From Ignavibacteriota bacterium (lineage in GTDB: Bacteria > Bacteroidota > Ignavibacteria > UBA10030): a DNA stretch of 64,000 nucleotides. The translations under genes and the position numbers were made by a program. A model generated the notes under the pieces. It searched no databases and was not told the origin of the DNA. It was given only the letters and a program-made list of their open reading frames with translations. The stretch covers positions 256,001-320,000 of the forward strand of contig CAVSHO010000001.1 of NCBI GenBank assembly GCA_963727825.1. The letters are read 5' to 3'. Shown here piece after piece: positions 42,674 through 53,567 of the stretch; the stretch's first letter is position 1; each line of letters opens with the position of its first letter.

Positions 42674-45028
42674 TTGAAAATACATTTTCTATCAATTCTA
42701 ACGTTTACAGTAGTTGTTACGCTTAATTCTCAAATTCCAGGTGAGAAAGATAACCGCGTGCTCCTGCCAAATGGGTGGTGGCTCTCACCGGCCGGCGAGC
42801 AAATTCGATTGGGCGATTTTCCCATGAATGCAGCGCTTTCAGAAGATGAAAAATATCTTGCAATTTCGCACAGCGGAGAGTCGAAAGCAGAAATCTGGTT
42901 GATGGACTTAAAAGCGAGGAAAAATCTGCAGAAAATCGAACTGCCGGACACATGGTACGGAATAAAGTTTGCAAGCAGGAAACTCTACGTTTCAGGCGGT
43001 TATCAGAATTGCGTATTCACGTTCAAATTGATAAAAGAAAAATTGGTAATGGCAGACACGATTTCCTTTGCCGAACCACATCCAAAGTATAATGGTTCTC
43101 TGCAAGGATTGGATGTACAAAAGAATTTGCTTGCAGTCGTCTTTCGCAATGACAGCACTTTCCGGGTGATGAATCTGAAATCAAAAAAGCAAGAAGTAGT
43201 GAAGTTGGATGGAATGCCATATACCTGTGTTTTCCTGAAAGACGGTTCAGTGATGGTTTCCATTTGGGGATCGAAGAAAGTAGAAATATTTAAGAGAATG
43301 AAGCTTCAATATGAAATTCAAACCGGTGACCATCCCAATGAAATAACGCTTTCGAGCGATGGTAAGTTTGCCTATATCGCTTGTTCTAACGACAATACAG
43401 TAACTATCATTGACATTGCAAAGAAGAAAGCCATTGCATCTGTTTCTACAGCAATTCATCCGGATGCACCGGAAGGCTCGACGACGAATTCTATTGCATT
43501 GATTCCAGATCAAAAAAAAATACTTGCGGCAAATGCGGATAATAATTCGCTTACTGTCATCGATATTAAAGAAATGGATAAACCAATGCCGGTCGGATTC
43601 ATTCCGGTTGGTTGGTATCCTACAAAAGTAATGGTTTTAAAAAACAGAACGGTTCTTGTACTGAATGGCAAAGGCAGCCGTTCGTTCGCAAATCCGGATG
43701 GACAATATATTGCTAGTCTAATGGAAGGTTCGCTTTCAATCTTTCAGATGCCGGATGAAAAAAAATTGGAAGATTACTCAAAGCGAGTTTTTTCAAACAC
43801 ACCGTACAAGCATGAACAGTTACTTAATGTTCCTTTCTCAGACGAAAGTGCGATTCCTCACAAAGTAGGCGATCCTTCGCCGATTAAGTATGTCTTTTAT
43901 ATTATAAAAGAAAATCGGACGTACGATCAAGTGCTTGGTGATATGAAAGAAGGTAATGGTGATTCATCGCTCTGCATTTTTGGAGAAAAGGTGACCCCGA
44001 ATCATCACAAGTTGGCGCGTGAGTTCGCGTTGTTTGATAACTTCTACGTTAATTCGGAAGTCAGCGCTGATGGACATAACTGGTCTATGGCTGGCTATGC
44101 AACGGATTATATCGAGAAGACATGGCCCACGCAGTATGGAGGGCGCGGTGGCGAGTATGATTTTGAAGGGGGGCAAGTCGCTGGTGCTCCAGCGTCGGGA
44201 TATTTGTGGACACTTGCTGCGAAACATAATGTTAGTTTCCGGAGTTATGGTGAGTTTATTACGGCTGATAAAATAATTGGGAAAGCTGGTGTTCCGCGCG
44301 AAAAAGGATTGGAAGGGCATTTTGCACCGTTCTATCGCGGCTGGGATTTGAGTTATTCAGATGTAGATCGTTTCAAAGAGTGGAATAAAGAATTTTCAGA
44401 GTTTGAGAAGAAAGGTACATTGCCGCAACTTTGCATTATGCATTTACCAAACGATCACACTGCCGGATCAAAAAAAGGTGCCTTGTCGCCGCGTGCATAT
44501 GTTGCTCAAAATGATTGCGGACTTGGTCTGATTATAGATCGAATTTCAAAAAGTAAATTTTGGATGGAGACTGCGATTTTTGTGCTGGAGGATGATGCAC
44601 AAAACGGTCCTGACCATGTGGATGCGCATCGTTCAGTATGCCTTGTTGTAAGTCCATTCGTCAAGAAACGCGATATTAATCACACACTTTACACTACAGC
44701 TTCAATGCTGCGTTCGATGGAATTGATTCTTGGGCTGCCTCCGATGAGCCAGTACGATGCAGCCGCTACACCGATGTTTAATGCTTTTACAACTCTGGCA
44801 GATACTACTCGCTATACAGCCGAAGAACCGCGCTGGGATTTAACTGAGAGAAATAAAAGCGGTTCTTATGGTGAAGCATTGATGGATAAATTTAATTTGA
44901 AGAAAGAAGATGATGTACCGGATCGTGAGTTCAACGAAATCATCTGGCGGGTAGTTACAGACAAGCCAATGCCTGCACCGCGATATTCTATATTTTCAAA
45001 AAAGAAAACTTCGGAAGAACGCGATTAA
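42674..45028 (+). CDS. YncE-type beta-propeller + alkaline-phosphatase-like phosphoesterase
   Basis: LLPNGW, IPVGWYP, IIKENRTYDQVLGD, SADGHNW, LPNDHT and EDDAQNGPDHVDAHRS. Confidence 0.9.
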   Translation: MKIHFLSILTFTVVVTLNSQIPGEKDNRVLLPNGWWLSPAGEQIRLGDFPMNAALSEDEKYLAISHSGESKAEIWLMDLKARKNLQKIELPDTWYGIKFASRKLYVSGGYQNCVFTFKLIKEKLVMADTISFAEPHPKYNGSLQGLDVQKNLLAVVFRNDSTFRVMNLKSKKQEVVKLDGMPYTCVFLKDGSVMVSIWGSKKVEIFKRMKLQYEIQTGDHPNEITLSSDGKFAYIACSNDNTVTIIDIAKKKAIASVSTAIHPDAPEGSTTNSIALIPDQKKILAANADNNSLTVIDIKEMDKPMPVGFIPVGWYPTKVMVLKNRTVLVLNGKGSRSFANPDGQYIASLMEGSLSIFQMPDEKKLEDYSKRVFSNTPYKHEQLLNVPFSDESAIPHKVGDPSPIKYVFYIIKENRTYDQVLGDMKEGNGDSSLCIFGEKVTPNHHKLAREFALFDNFYVNSEVSADGHNWSMAGYATDYIEKTWPTQYGGRGGEYDFEGGQVAGAPASGYLWTLAAKHNVSFRSYGEFITADKIIGKAGVPREKGLEGHFAPFYRGWDLSYSDVDRFKEWNKEFSEFEKKGTLPQLCIMHLPNDHTAGSKKGALSPRAYVAQNDCGLGLIIDRISKSKFWMETAIFVLEDDAQNGPDHVDAHRSVCLVVSPFVKKRDINHTLYTTASMLRSMELILGLPPMSQYDAAATPMFNAFTTLADTTRYTAEEPRWDLTERNKSGSYGEALMDKFNLKKEDDVPDREFNEIIWRVVTDKPMPAPRYSIFSKKKTSEERD

Positions 45029-45166
45029 TATTCTAACAAGACGAGTTATAAATATATAATTTGAGATGATTTTGGAGGCGAGTAAATCGTAACGTATTAC
45101 ATAATATAAACTATAAGTATTTTATATAATTCTCAATCGCACTATGTTATAACTTCAACAAATAGC

Positions 45167-46372
45167 TTATGCCGCCGCCATCGCATGAGTAGTAGCAGTC
45201 ATTATTTTATTAAGTTGTCTAAACCGCTTCAATTTGCCGTGTAGAGTCGAAACCAGTGTTTGTTCAGAAATTGGCTTCATCAAGTAATCATCCACGCCAA
45301 GTTCTTTGCCGGTGCGAACTAAAGCTTCATCTGTTAGGCCGGTTAAGAAAACGAATGGAATGCTCTGAATATTTTTCAGTTCCTGCACTTTTTCATAGAA
45401 TGTAAATCCACCCATTGTAGAGGTTTCGAGGTTAATATCACACAAAATTAAATCGGGAACGAATTTACGGAGAAGTGCATACGCCTCATCAGATGTGGAA
45501 AGTGCGGTAACGTCAAATCCGTTGTCCTCCAACGAGGTTGCAAGCAACTCCAAGAGCCTTGTGTCATCATCAATGACAAGCACTTTGTCCCGCTGTTTGT
45601 GCTGTATTGTATCCATCAATTGTGTCTGAATATGCAAATGTTCCTCGTCAGAAATTTGGAAAGTGCGCTGTAAATCGGCGAGAGATTTTGTGTTAGAAAA
45701 AGATGTTGAATTATCGGATAGTTGTCTAAGTAATGCATTCCGATAGCATTCATGTTTCACATTCTTTTCAATCTGCTCATGTTCAACTTTCGCAATATCA
45801 AATACCGTTCGGAGTTCACTCAACTGTCGTTCTTCGTTTTCAGTTAACGCACCGTCGTACCATGCATGAGTTAAAGCTTGTCGATAGGACTCCAAATCGG
45901 CGGGTCGATCAAGAAGGCGATCTTCCCGTTTTTCTTGGGGTTTTGCTGCATTATCAGTAGAAAGTGGTAAAGGTGTGATAAGTGGAGCCTTTAAATTCGG
46001 AGCCGGTAAAGAAATTGTAATAGTTGGTCCTGGCTCCAGTGAAGTAAGTATCTGCGGAACCTCAGTTTCCGTTTTGGGAATATGTCCGATCACGGGCGAG
46101 GGGATTGGTTTGTTAATATGCCGGGTTTCTTCCAATCGTTCAAATTCAGCTTTAAGAATAGAGATACGTTCTTCCAAGGCAAGTGCATAAACGTTGCGCG
46201 GATCTACTTCTTTTGCCTTTTTAACTTCTAATTGTGCATGGTCAAGATTACCAGTTCGAATAAGTTGATCTACACGTTTTAAAACTTCGCTAACCGTTTT
46301 CTTAGCATCATCGCGCGGGGTTGGCTCATGTGGAACGGGAATCTTCTGCTGGGGTATTGTTTGTCCAATCAT
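45167..46372 (-). CDS. Response regulator (C-terminal REC) with N-terminal TPR-like and TerB-like helical repeats
   Basis: VLVIDDD, LILCDI, FLTG and DYLMKP; AWYDGALTENEERQL..LR repeat. Confidence 0.85.
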   Translation of the reverse strand: MIGQTIPQQKIPVPHEPTPRDDAKKTVSEVLKRVDQLIRTGNLDHAQLEVKKAKEVDPRNVYALALEERISILKAEFERLEETRHINKPIPSPVIGHIPKTETEVPQILTSLEPGPTITISLPAPNLKAPLITPLPLSTDNAAKPQEKREDRLLDRPADLESYRQALTHAWYDGALTENEERQLSELRTVFDIAKVEHEQIEKNVKHECYRNALLRQLSDNSTSFSNTKSLADLQRTFQISDEEHLHIQTQLMDTIQHKQRDKVLVIDDDTRLLELLATSLEDNGFDVTALSTSDEAYALLRKFVPDLILCDINLETSTMGGFTFYEKVQELKNIQSIPFVFLTGLTDEALVRTGKELGVDDYLMKPISEQTLVSTLHGKLKRFRQLNKIMTATTHAMAAA

Positions 46373-46667
46373 TTTCTCAATCCTTCAGATCGCTAATTTG
46401 CAAACGACTGTAATTATAAATTTATCACTTCTATTAACACGAGCACGCTATCTATTTCTTGTCTCTGAATCTAATACCACAATAACTGTTCCGACTTATA
46501 GCAGCTTAATGCCAGAATAAAGCTGCCATCGAAACGGCTTATTTCATCTAAAAAAGAGGATAATTTGCCATTAATTATCAAAACTGAAATTGTTAAGTTG
46601 ATAATTGTAGAAAAGTAAATTTTTAGAATAGGAAAAGGATGAAGGGGAGGTATAATAATGATTATGG

Positions 46668-47375
46668 TTATTTGGCAATCGCTGCAGATGCGGCTATGAT
46701 TCTTATCGCACCCGCCGATAATATTACTTGTGCGCATGAATTCGTTGTCGCGCCGGTGGTAATGACATCGTCCACTAAAAGACATTTTTTCCCTGATAAG
46801 ACGTCAGACGAATATGGAATTAATTCAAACGCATGCTCCATATTCTTGCGCCGTTCTTCGACGTTTAGTTTTGTTTGCGTCTGTGTGTGACGTGTACGTC
46901 GAACTGCTTCCGGAACAATCGGCTTGCCAATGATGGAACTAATACCGCGTGCAATGAATTCGGATTGGTTATAACCACGCTCGCGGTGCTTTATTTGATG
47001 AAGAGGTATTGGAATAAGAATATCAACATTTAGGTCCCATTTTTTCAATGCATCCCCAAGGCGTATTCCCAAATCTATACCAACAGACTTATATTCTTTG
47101 TATTTCAACGCATGTGCAATATGCTGAAAAGGTCCCTTCTCCTCGAAAACAAAACACGAAACAAGATCGCTGATAGTGCCTTCGGCGAGAAGTTTTGTGC
47201 GTGTTTCTTGGTAGAGAGGGAGATTCTTAGTCACCAGCGGAATTGCATTCCAGCAGTCAGCACAGACTTTTTGGTTTCCATCCGACAGAGGTTTATTACA
47301 AGCGATGCACACCGGCGGGTAGAGAAAGTCGAGAAAAGGAGTGGCAAGACGATTTGTTAAGTTGCGGATTTTCAA
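46668..47375 (-). CDS. comF: ComF family phosphoribosyltransferase-like protein
   Basis: CIAC..CADC, RGYNQS and LVDDVITTGAT. Confidence 0.92.
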   Translation of the reverse strand: MKIRNLTNRLATPFLDFLYPPVCIACNKPLSDGNQKVCADCWNAIPLVTKNLPLYQETRTKLLAEGTISDLVSCFVFEEKGPFQHIAHALKYKEYKSVGIDLGIRLGDALKKWDLNVDILIPIPLHQIKHRERGYNQSEFIARGISSIIGKPIVPEAVRRTRHTQTQTKLNVEERRKNMEHAFELIPYSSDVLSGKKCLLVDDVITTGATTNSCAQVILSAGAIRIIAASAAIAK

Positions 47376-47454
47376 TGTTCAATCTATAATAACAATATTA
47401 ATTTGTATGTATTCATATTTTAGTTATTATTGATCACTCATCACTGCTTACTGT

Positions 47455-49470
47455 TCATTGCTTCTTATCTTCAAGCCTCTCAATCTCGTTTCGTAGTTCC
47501 GCTGCGCGTTCGAACTCTAAATCTTTTGCCGCTCGTTTCATCTCTACCCTTAATTCTTCCAGCATGTCTTTCTTCTGGTCACTGGTTAGATATTTTGCAA
47601 CTGTCTCGGCAATAGCCATTGGTTTTGATTTTTGATAGCGTTCATCATGTTTCATCTTCACGTCGGCAATAGATGTGGCGGCAAGAATTTCGTCCGTCGT
47701 TTTGTAGATAGTTGTTGGTGTAATGCCATGCTTCGTATTGTAAGATATCTGCTTTTTGCGGCGGCGATTTGTCTCACCAATCATTCGCTCCATCGAGCCG
47801 GTCATTTTGTCGGCATAAAGAATAACTTTGCCGTTCGAGTTGCGCGCAGTGCGGCCTGCAGTTTGGATGAGCGAACGTTCGGAGCGGAGAAAACCTTCCT
47901 TATCAGCATCTATGATGGCGACGAGTGAGACTTCAGGTAAATCAAGCCCTTCGCGAAGCAAATTCACGCCAACAAGAACATCGAATTCACCTAATCGCAA
48001 ATCGCGTAACGTTTCAACACGTTCAAGCGCGCCTACTTCGGAATGAATATACCTTACTTTGATATTAATATTTGATAGATACTCGGTCAAGTCTTCAGCC
48101 ATGCGCTTCGTAAGAGTTGTGACGAGCGTGCGTTCTTTCTTCGAGGCGCGAGAACGAATCTCCCCAATCAAGTCGTCAATCTGATGCTTGCTTACACGTA
48201 CTTCCACTTCCGGATCAATTAATCCGGTGGGACGAATCACTTGTTCTACAACGACGCCTTGGCATTTCTGCAATTCGTATGGTCCAGGTGTTGCACTGAC
48301 GTAAATAACTTGCTTCTCCATTGCTTCCCATTCATCAAACATTAATGGACGATTATCGAGTGCTGATGGAAGGCGAAATCCATACTCCACGAGTGTGGTC
48401 TTACGCGAACGATCGCCGGCATGCATGGCACCGATTTGTGGTACAGTAACGTGCGACTCGTCAATAATTGTAAGAAAATCTTTTGGAAAGTAATCTAATA
48501 GGCACGAGGGGCGAGAACCCGGCGGCCTGCCTGCAAAGTGCCGCGAATAATTTTCGATGCCGGAGCAGTATCCAACTTCGCGCAACATTTCCATATCGAA
48601 CCGCGTTCGCTGTTCGATTCTCTGCGCCTCAACAAGTTTGCCAAGCGAACGAAGTTCGGTGGTTCGCTCGCGCAATTCATCGTAAATGCCGCTCATTGCA
48701 CGTTCTATCGTCTCGCGCGAAGTGATAAATTGTTTTGCAGGATAAATCATTTCGTTATCCGCTTCGCCAAGAACCTGTCCATCAACTTTATTGATATAAG
48801 AAATACGTTCTATTTCATCGCCAAAGAATTCGATGCGAATCGCTTCTTCGTTTTCATAACTTGGAATCACTTCCACAACATCACCGCGCACACGGAATGT
48901 GCCGCGCGCAAATTCGTAATCATTTCGTGCGTACAAAAGATCGACAAGCCGCTTGAGCAATCCTTGACGGCCGATGCGATCGCCTTTTTTGATCATTAAT
49001 GTCTGGCTGATCCATTCATCCGGCGCACCAATTCCATATATGCAACTGACAGATGCGACGACGATGACATTTGGATCGCCGCTCAACAACGCACTTGTCG
49101 CCCGCAACCGCAAGCGGTCAATTTCATCATTCACGGATGAATCTTTGGCAATATATGTGTCAGTTGTAGGAACATACGCCTCCGGCTGATAGTAATCATA
49201 ATAACTAATGAAAAACTCGACGCGGTTTTTAGGAAAATAATTTTTGAATTCCGCATATAATTGTGCCGCCAGCGTTTTATTGTGGGACATCACCAAAACG
49301 GGCTTGTTGATGTGTGTGATAACGTTAGAGATAGTAAATGTTTTTCCGCTACCAGTTACACCAAGAAGTGTTTGGTGCCGATCTCCGCGTTCTATTCCTT
49401 CTACAAGCTGTTTGATTGCTTCCGGTTGATCGCCGGAAGGGGTTAAATCAGAGATGAGTTGATAAGCCAT
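47455..49470 (-). CDS. uvrB: Excinuclease ABC subunit B
   Basis: [30 protein letters not shown] and a C-terminal UVR motif. Confidence 0.97.
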   Translation of the reverse strand: MAYQLISDLTPSGDQPEAIKQLVEGIERGDRHQTLLGVTGSGKTFTISNVITHINKPVLVMSHNKTLAAQLYAEFKNYFPKNRVEFFISYYDYYQPEAYVPTTDTYIAKDSSVNDEIDRLRLRATSALLSGDPNVIVVASVSCIYGIGAPDEWISQTLMIKKGDRIGRQGLLKRLVDLLYARNDYEFARGTFRVRGDVVEVIPSYENEEAIRIEFFGDEIERISYINKVDGQVLGEADNEMIYPAKQFITSRETIERAMSGIYDELRERTTELRSLGKLVEAQRIEQRTRFDMEMLREVGYCSGIENYSRHFAGRPPGSRPSCLLDYFPKDFLTIIDESHVTVPQIGAMHAGDRSRKTTLVEYGFRLPSALDNRPLMFDEWEAMEKQVIYVSATPGPYELQKCQGVVVEQVIRPTGLIDPEVEVRVSKHQIDDLIGEIRSRASKKERTLVTTLTKRMAEDLTEYLSNINIKVRYIHSEVGALERVETLRDLRLGEFDVLVGVNLLREGLDLPEVSLVAIIDADKEGFLRSERSLIQTAGRTARNSNGKVILYADKMTGSMERMIGETNRRRKKQISYNTKHGITPTTIYKTTDEILAATSIADVKMKHDERYQKSKPMAIAETVAKYLTSDQKKDMLEELRVEMKRAAKDLEFERAAELRNEIERLEDKKQ

Positions 49471-49494
49471 AAATAAATATAATCTTCTAATTAT

Positions 49495-49689
49495 TAGAAG
49501 CTATCTTAAAAATACGTTGTTACAGTCAGACTGAGCGTTCGCCTGAACGTTCGACCGAGCTCACATCGAGGTCTCACGCCGAAGGCTTGTCGAAGTCTGG
49601 CTGTAGAGTGCTTAGTCACATTTCGACCCGCCTGTCGGACGGGCAGGCAAGCTCAATGTGACTTCAAATCATTTTTGAGATAGGTTCGA
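49495..49689. mobile_element. MITE-like element, copy 1 (with nested insertions)
   Basis: TIRs TAGAAGCTATCTTAAAAAT / ATTTTTGAGATAGGTTCGA; internal CTGAG..CTCACGCCGAAGGCTTGTCGAAGTCT shared with copies 2 and 3. Confidence 0.8.
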
Positions 49690-50243
49690 GATATTGATTC
49701 AGGATTACTTTTAAAATAACATATTGATTAAAATACATATTTTATTTGCTTGAGAAAAGACTTAATAATAGTCCAATTAATGCCATATATTTTTTGATTG
49801 CGTGAGATTTAACTTGTTTTGATTTTGATAATATTATAGAGTAACTTAAAATATATATTTATGTTTTATACAGATGTTATTCGGCGAAAGTGAAAGAATT
49901 GAATGATAAAGTAATTGCTCGTTGGTGTACGCACTGTTAATTCTTCAAAATGCCTTCTTTAATTAGCGCCACAGTGCCTTTCCTTCAAAAAGAGATATAT
50001 TTTGCCCATTTATACTTGAGCTAATATCTGTTTTTTGAAGATTTTATTTACTTCTGACATTCCTGCGCTTTTTACTCAATGGCATGGTTTGTGATAATTA
50101 CTATTGTTGTGACCATCGAAGCGGGGAAAATCGTATGACCCGTTTTATTATAAATATCCTTCAAAGTTGTGCATTATTATTCTAACAAATGCAATGCAAT
50201 GTGATTGCGGGGATATTTTATAACTAAGATGAATGATTAGATC

Positions 50244-53200
50244 ATGAAGATGGATGGAATTTGTCGATCAGTAAAAGATAGGAAAGAACGGTTGCTGTCT
50301 ATGGCAACTCGTATAAGTAAAGGATTCTGGAAAATGAAAAATAAATCTTCAGGAATTTTAGTTAAATCATTTTTGTCGTTATTAATGCTTGCAGGGATTT
50401 TTATTTTTACATTCCCTCGTCTTGCGAATGCACAGTCGCAAAATATCCGATTTAAACATCTTACAAGGGAAGATGGACTTTCACAAAGTTGGGCTCATTC
50501 TATTATTCAGGATAAGTATGGTTTTATGTGGATAGGAACCGAAAGCGGCTTGAACCGCTATGATGGGCATAGTTTCCGTGTATATAAAAATAATTATCGA
50601 GATCAATATTCAATCAGCAACAATTGTGTTTTGGCTTTATTTGAAAATAGTAATGGAGATTTATGGGTTGGTACTCGAAAAGGCTTGAATCTTTACGATA
50701 GAAAAAACGATAAATTCATTCGGTATCCTAGATTGTCAGAAAGAATAACATCAATTACAGAAGATAAAAACAAAATATTGTGGGTAGGTACGGATGTTGG
50801 CCTGTACACTCTCGATTTAAAGAATGATAGTATTAATACTTATAGTAGCCCGGGTGATCTATCTCGCAATAGTGTGAGCCGCTTGGTTAGTGGAGAAATA
50901 TTGAAAATATATGTTGATAGCAAGAATAACGTATGGATAGGCTCCTCCAGAGGTTTGCATTTATATGTCAGAGATAACAACTCATTTATTAATTATTATC
51001 ACGATGAAAAAAATCCGAATAGCATAAGTAGTGATGAAATACGCCCGATATTGGAAGACAATGCCGGCAGATTATGGATGGGCACATCGGCGGGTTTAGA
51101 TTTGTTTGTAAACAATCAGGAGCATTCCACAAAAGGTAGATTCATACACTATCAAAATATTATCGGCAATAAAAACAGTATTTCTAATGGCCCAGTTATG
51201 TCTCTTCTTGAAGACGATAAACATAATTTATGGATAGGTATACAAAATGGCGGATTGGACGTAATTAATCTCAAAACCTATAATAAGAATACCGCCATCT
51301 TCAATCATTTCAAGAATGATCCTAATAAAGAAAACAGTTTAAGTAATAATTCGATTTATTCGATAACTCAGGACAATCAAGGTAATATCTGGATCAGTAC
51401 ATTTGGAAAGGGATTAAATATAATAAATCCGTTAGGAGACAGATTTATCCATTATAAAAGTGAAAGCGGGAGTAAAAATTCGCTAAGTAATAATCAGGTT
51501 AATACTTTTCTTGAAGATAATGACTTTCTCTGGATTGGCACAGAAGGCGGTTTAAACCTATATAATAAAAAAGACGATACTTTTAAGCATTATGTCCATG
51601 AACCTTTAAATAAAAGAAGTATCGGCTCCAATGCTGTCTGGGCTATTTGTAAGGACAGACGAGGGAATTTATGGATTGGAACATGGGGCGGCGGTCTAAA
51701 TAAATTCGACTATAAGACCGAGACGTTTGAACATTTTTATAATGATCCGGACGACACCAATAGTATCAGCAGCAATAATATGTTCTCCATTTTTGAAGAC
51801 AATAAAGGGAATTTGTGGATAGGAACCATGGGCGGTGGATTGAATATGTTCGACTATAAAAATAATAGATTTATCAGATATACAGAATCAAATTCCCATA
51901 TATATACGAACTATGTTCCTTCAATAATAGAAACGAAAAGTGGTGATTTATGGTTATCGAATGAAAACTCATTTGAACGGTTTAATATAAAAACGAAAGA
52001 ATTCGAAAACTTCACTCATTCTGACGATGATAGTACAAGTTTGAGTAGCAATAAATCAATATCAATTTTTGAAGACAGTAATGGAAATCTATGGATGGGG
52101 ACAGACGCAGGCCTTAATCTTTTTAATAAGGCTACTAAAGGATTTAAATGCTATCGAATAGAAGATGGGCTGCCTGATAATGCCATTAACAGCATCGTTG
52201 AGGATAATCATGGAAATCTTTGGCTGAGTACAGATAAAGGCCTTTCAAATTTTATTAATGCAATAAATCTTCCAGCAAAGCCAGAGTTCCGAAATTATGG
52301 ATACGAGGATGGTTTACAAGGCAATGAATTTTGTCCCAGATCAAGCTGCAAAGGCGCTGATGGCAAGTTGTATTTTGGTGGACCAAACGGATTCAATGTG
52401 TTTGATCCTGATAAAATAGTAGAAAATACATATGTCCCACCAATAGTTATCACAGGTTTTAGTATTTTTAATAAACCTGAACCTCTTGGTGAAAGAGGGA
52501 TTAAGCAAGGCCTCGATAGCACTGAAGATATTGTTCTCTCCTATAAACAATCCGTATTTTCATTCGATTTTGCAGCATTGAATTATATTTCATCATATAA
52601 AAACCAATTCGCATATAAAATGGAAGGATTTGATAAAGATTGGAACTATGTCGGCACAAAATACACTGCGACCTATACGAATTTAGATCCGGGAAAATAT
52701 ATTTTCCGAGTGAAAGGATCCAATAACGACGGAGTGTGGAATGAGAAAGGCATTGCTTTGCCGATCATTATAACACCACCGTACTGGGAAACTATCTGGT
52801 TCCGACTTCTCTTAGTAGCCGTTGCAGCGGGAATTGTTTTCTGGATATACCATTGGCGGGTGCAAGCGAGAGACTTAGAAGCACGGAAACGGATGGAAAC
52901 GGCTGTTACTAAGGAACGTAATCTTCTTCGTGCATTAATCGATCTGATCCCCGATTATATCTATCTCAAGGACACCGATAGCCGCTTCATTCTCGGCAAT
53001 AATGGACTCTTACGAAGCTTTGGGAAGGAGACCATTGATGAAATCTATGGGAAGACCGACTTCGACTTTCACCCTATAGAAAATGCCCGCGAGTATTTTG
53101 CCGATGAGCAGGAAATTATCCGTTCCGGTCAGCCGCTGATTAATAAAGAAGAGCTTGTGGTTGAATCTACCGGTCAACGGAAATGGAGCATATCCACAAA

Positions 53201-53567
53201 ATTGCCTTTCCTAGATTCGCAGGGAAAAGTCGTAGGCATAGTAGGCATAGGCCGCGATGTTACCGCAAGTAAACAAGCAGCAGAGGAGCGCGAAAAGTTA
53301 ATTAGAGAATTGCAAGATGCCGCTGCCGATATTAAAGTTTTAAGCGGACTTGTCCCAATTTGTTCAAGTTGTAAAAAAATACGAGACGATAAAGGATATT
53401 GGACACAACTCGAAGGATATATACAGGCGCACTCAGAAGCTAAGTTTAGCCATGGTGTCTGCCCAGAATGTGCCCAAAAATTATATGGTGAGCTTTATGC
53501 AAAGGTTAAAAAACAGCAAGAAGAAGCTTCCGCAAAATTGCCACCATCAAATTCATCGAAGGGATAA
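50244..53567 (+). CDS. Two-component-regulator propeller + Y_Y_Y + TM + PAS protein lacking a histidine kinase; C-terminal CxxC/HxxCxxC domain
   Basis: Many ED..GNLWIGT..GL repeats, YTNLDPGKY, PPYWET, PAS (IYLKD..GKTDFD) and PICSSCKKIRDDKGYW...SHGVCPEC; the start is probably nearer 50334. Confidence 0.88.
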   Translation: MKMDGICRSVKDRKERLLSMATRISKGFWKMKNKSSGILVKSFLSLLMLAGIFIFTFPRLANAQSQNIRFKHLTREDGLSQSWAHSIIQDKYGFMWIGTESGLNRYDGHSFRVYKNNYRDQYSISNNCVLALFENSNGDLWVGTRKGLNLYDRKNDKFIRYPRLSERITSITEDKNKILWVGTDVGLYTLDLKNDSINTYSSPGDLSRNSVSRLVSGEILKIYVDSKNNVWIGSSRGLHLYVRDNNSFINYYHDEKNPNSISSDEIRPILEDNAGRLWMGTSAGLDLFVNNQEHSTKGRFIHYQNIIGNKNSISNGPVMSLLEDDKHNLWIGIQNGGLDVINLKTYNKNTAIFNHFKNDPNKENSLSNNSIYSITQDNQGNIWISTFGKGLNIINPLGDRFIHYKSESGSKNSLSNNQVNTFLEDNDFLWIGTEGGLNLYNKKDDTFKHYVHEPLNKRSIGSNAVWAICKDRRGNLWIGTWGGGLNKFDYKTETFEHFYNDPDDTNSISSNNMFSIFEDNKGNLWIGTMGGGLNMFDYKNNRFIRYTESNSHIYTNYVPSIIETKSGDLWLSNENSFERFNIKTKEFENFTHSDDDSTSLSSNKSISIFEDSNGNLWMGTDAGLNLFNKATKGFKCYRIEDGLPDNAINSIVEDNHGNLWLSTDKGLSNFINAINLPAKPEFRNYGYEDGLQGNEFCPRSSCKGADGKLYFGGPNGFNVFDPDKIVENTYVPPIVITGFSIFNKPEPLGERGIKQGLDSTEDIVLSYKQSVFSFDFAALNYISSYKNQFAYKMEGFDKDWNYVGTKYTATYTNLDPGKYIFRVKGSNNDGVWNEKGIALPIIITPPYWETIWFRLLLVAVAAGIVFWIYHWRVQARDLEARKRMETAVTKERNLLRALIDLIPDYIYLKDTDSRFILGNNGLLRSFGKETIDEIYGKTDFDFHPIENAREYFADEQEIIRSGQPLINKEELVVESTGQRKWSISTKLPFLDSQGKVVGIVGIGRDVTASKQAAEEREKLIRELQDAAADIKVLSGLVPICSSCKKIRDDKGYWTQLEGYIQAHSEAKFSHGVCPECAQKLYGELYAKVKKQQEEASAKLPPSNSSKG

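Noticed and set aside
50080-50095. Sigma54 promoter TGGCATGGTTTGTGA
   Set aside because: The -12 element reads GA instead of the conserved GC, so it is too weak to call.
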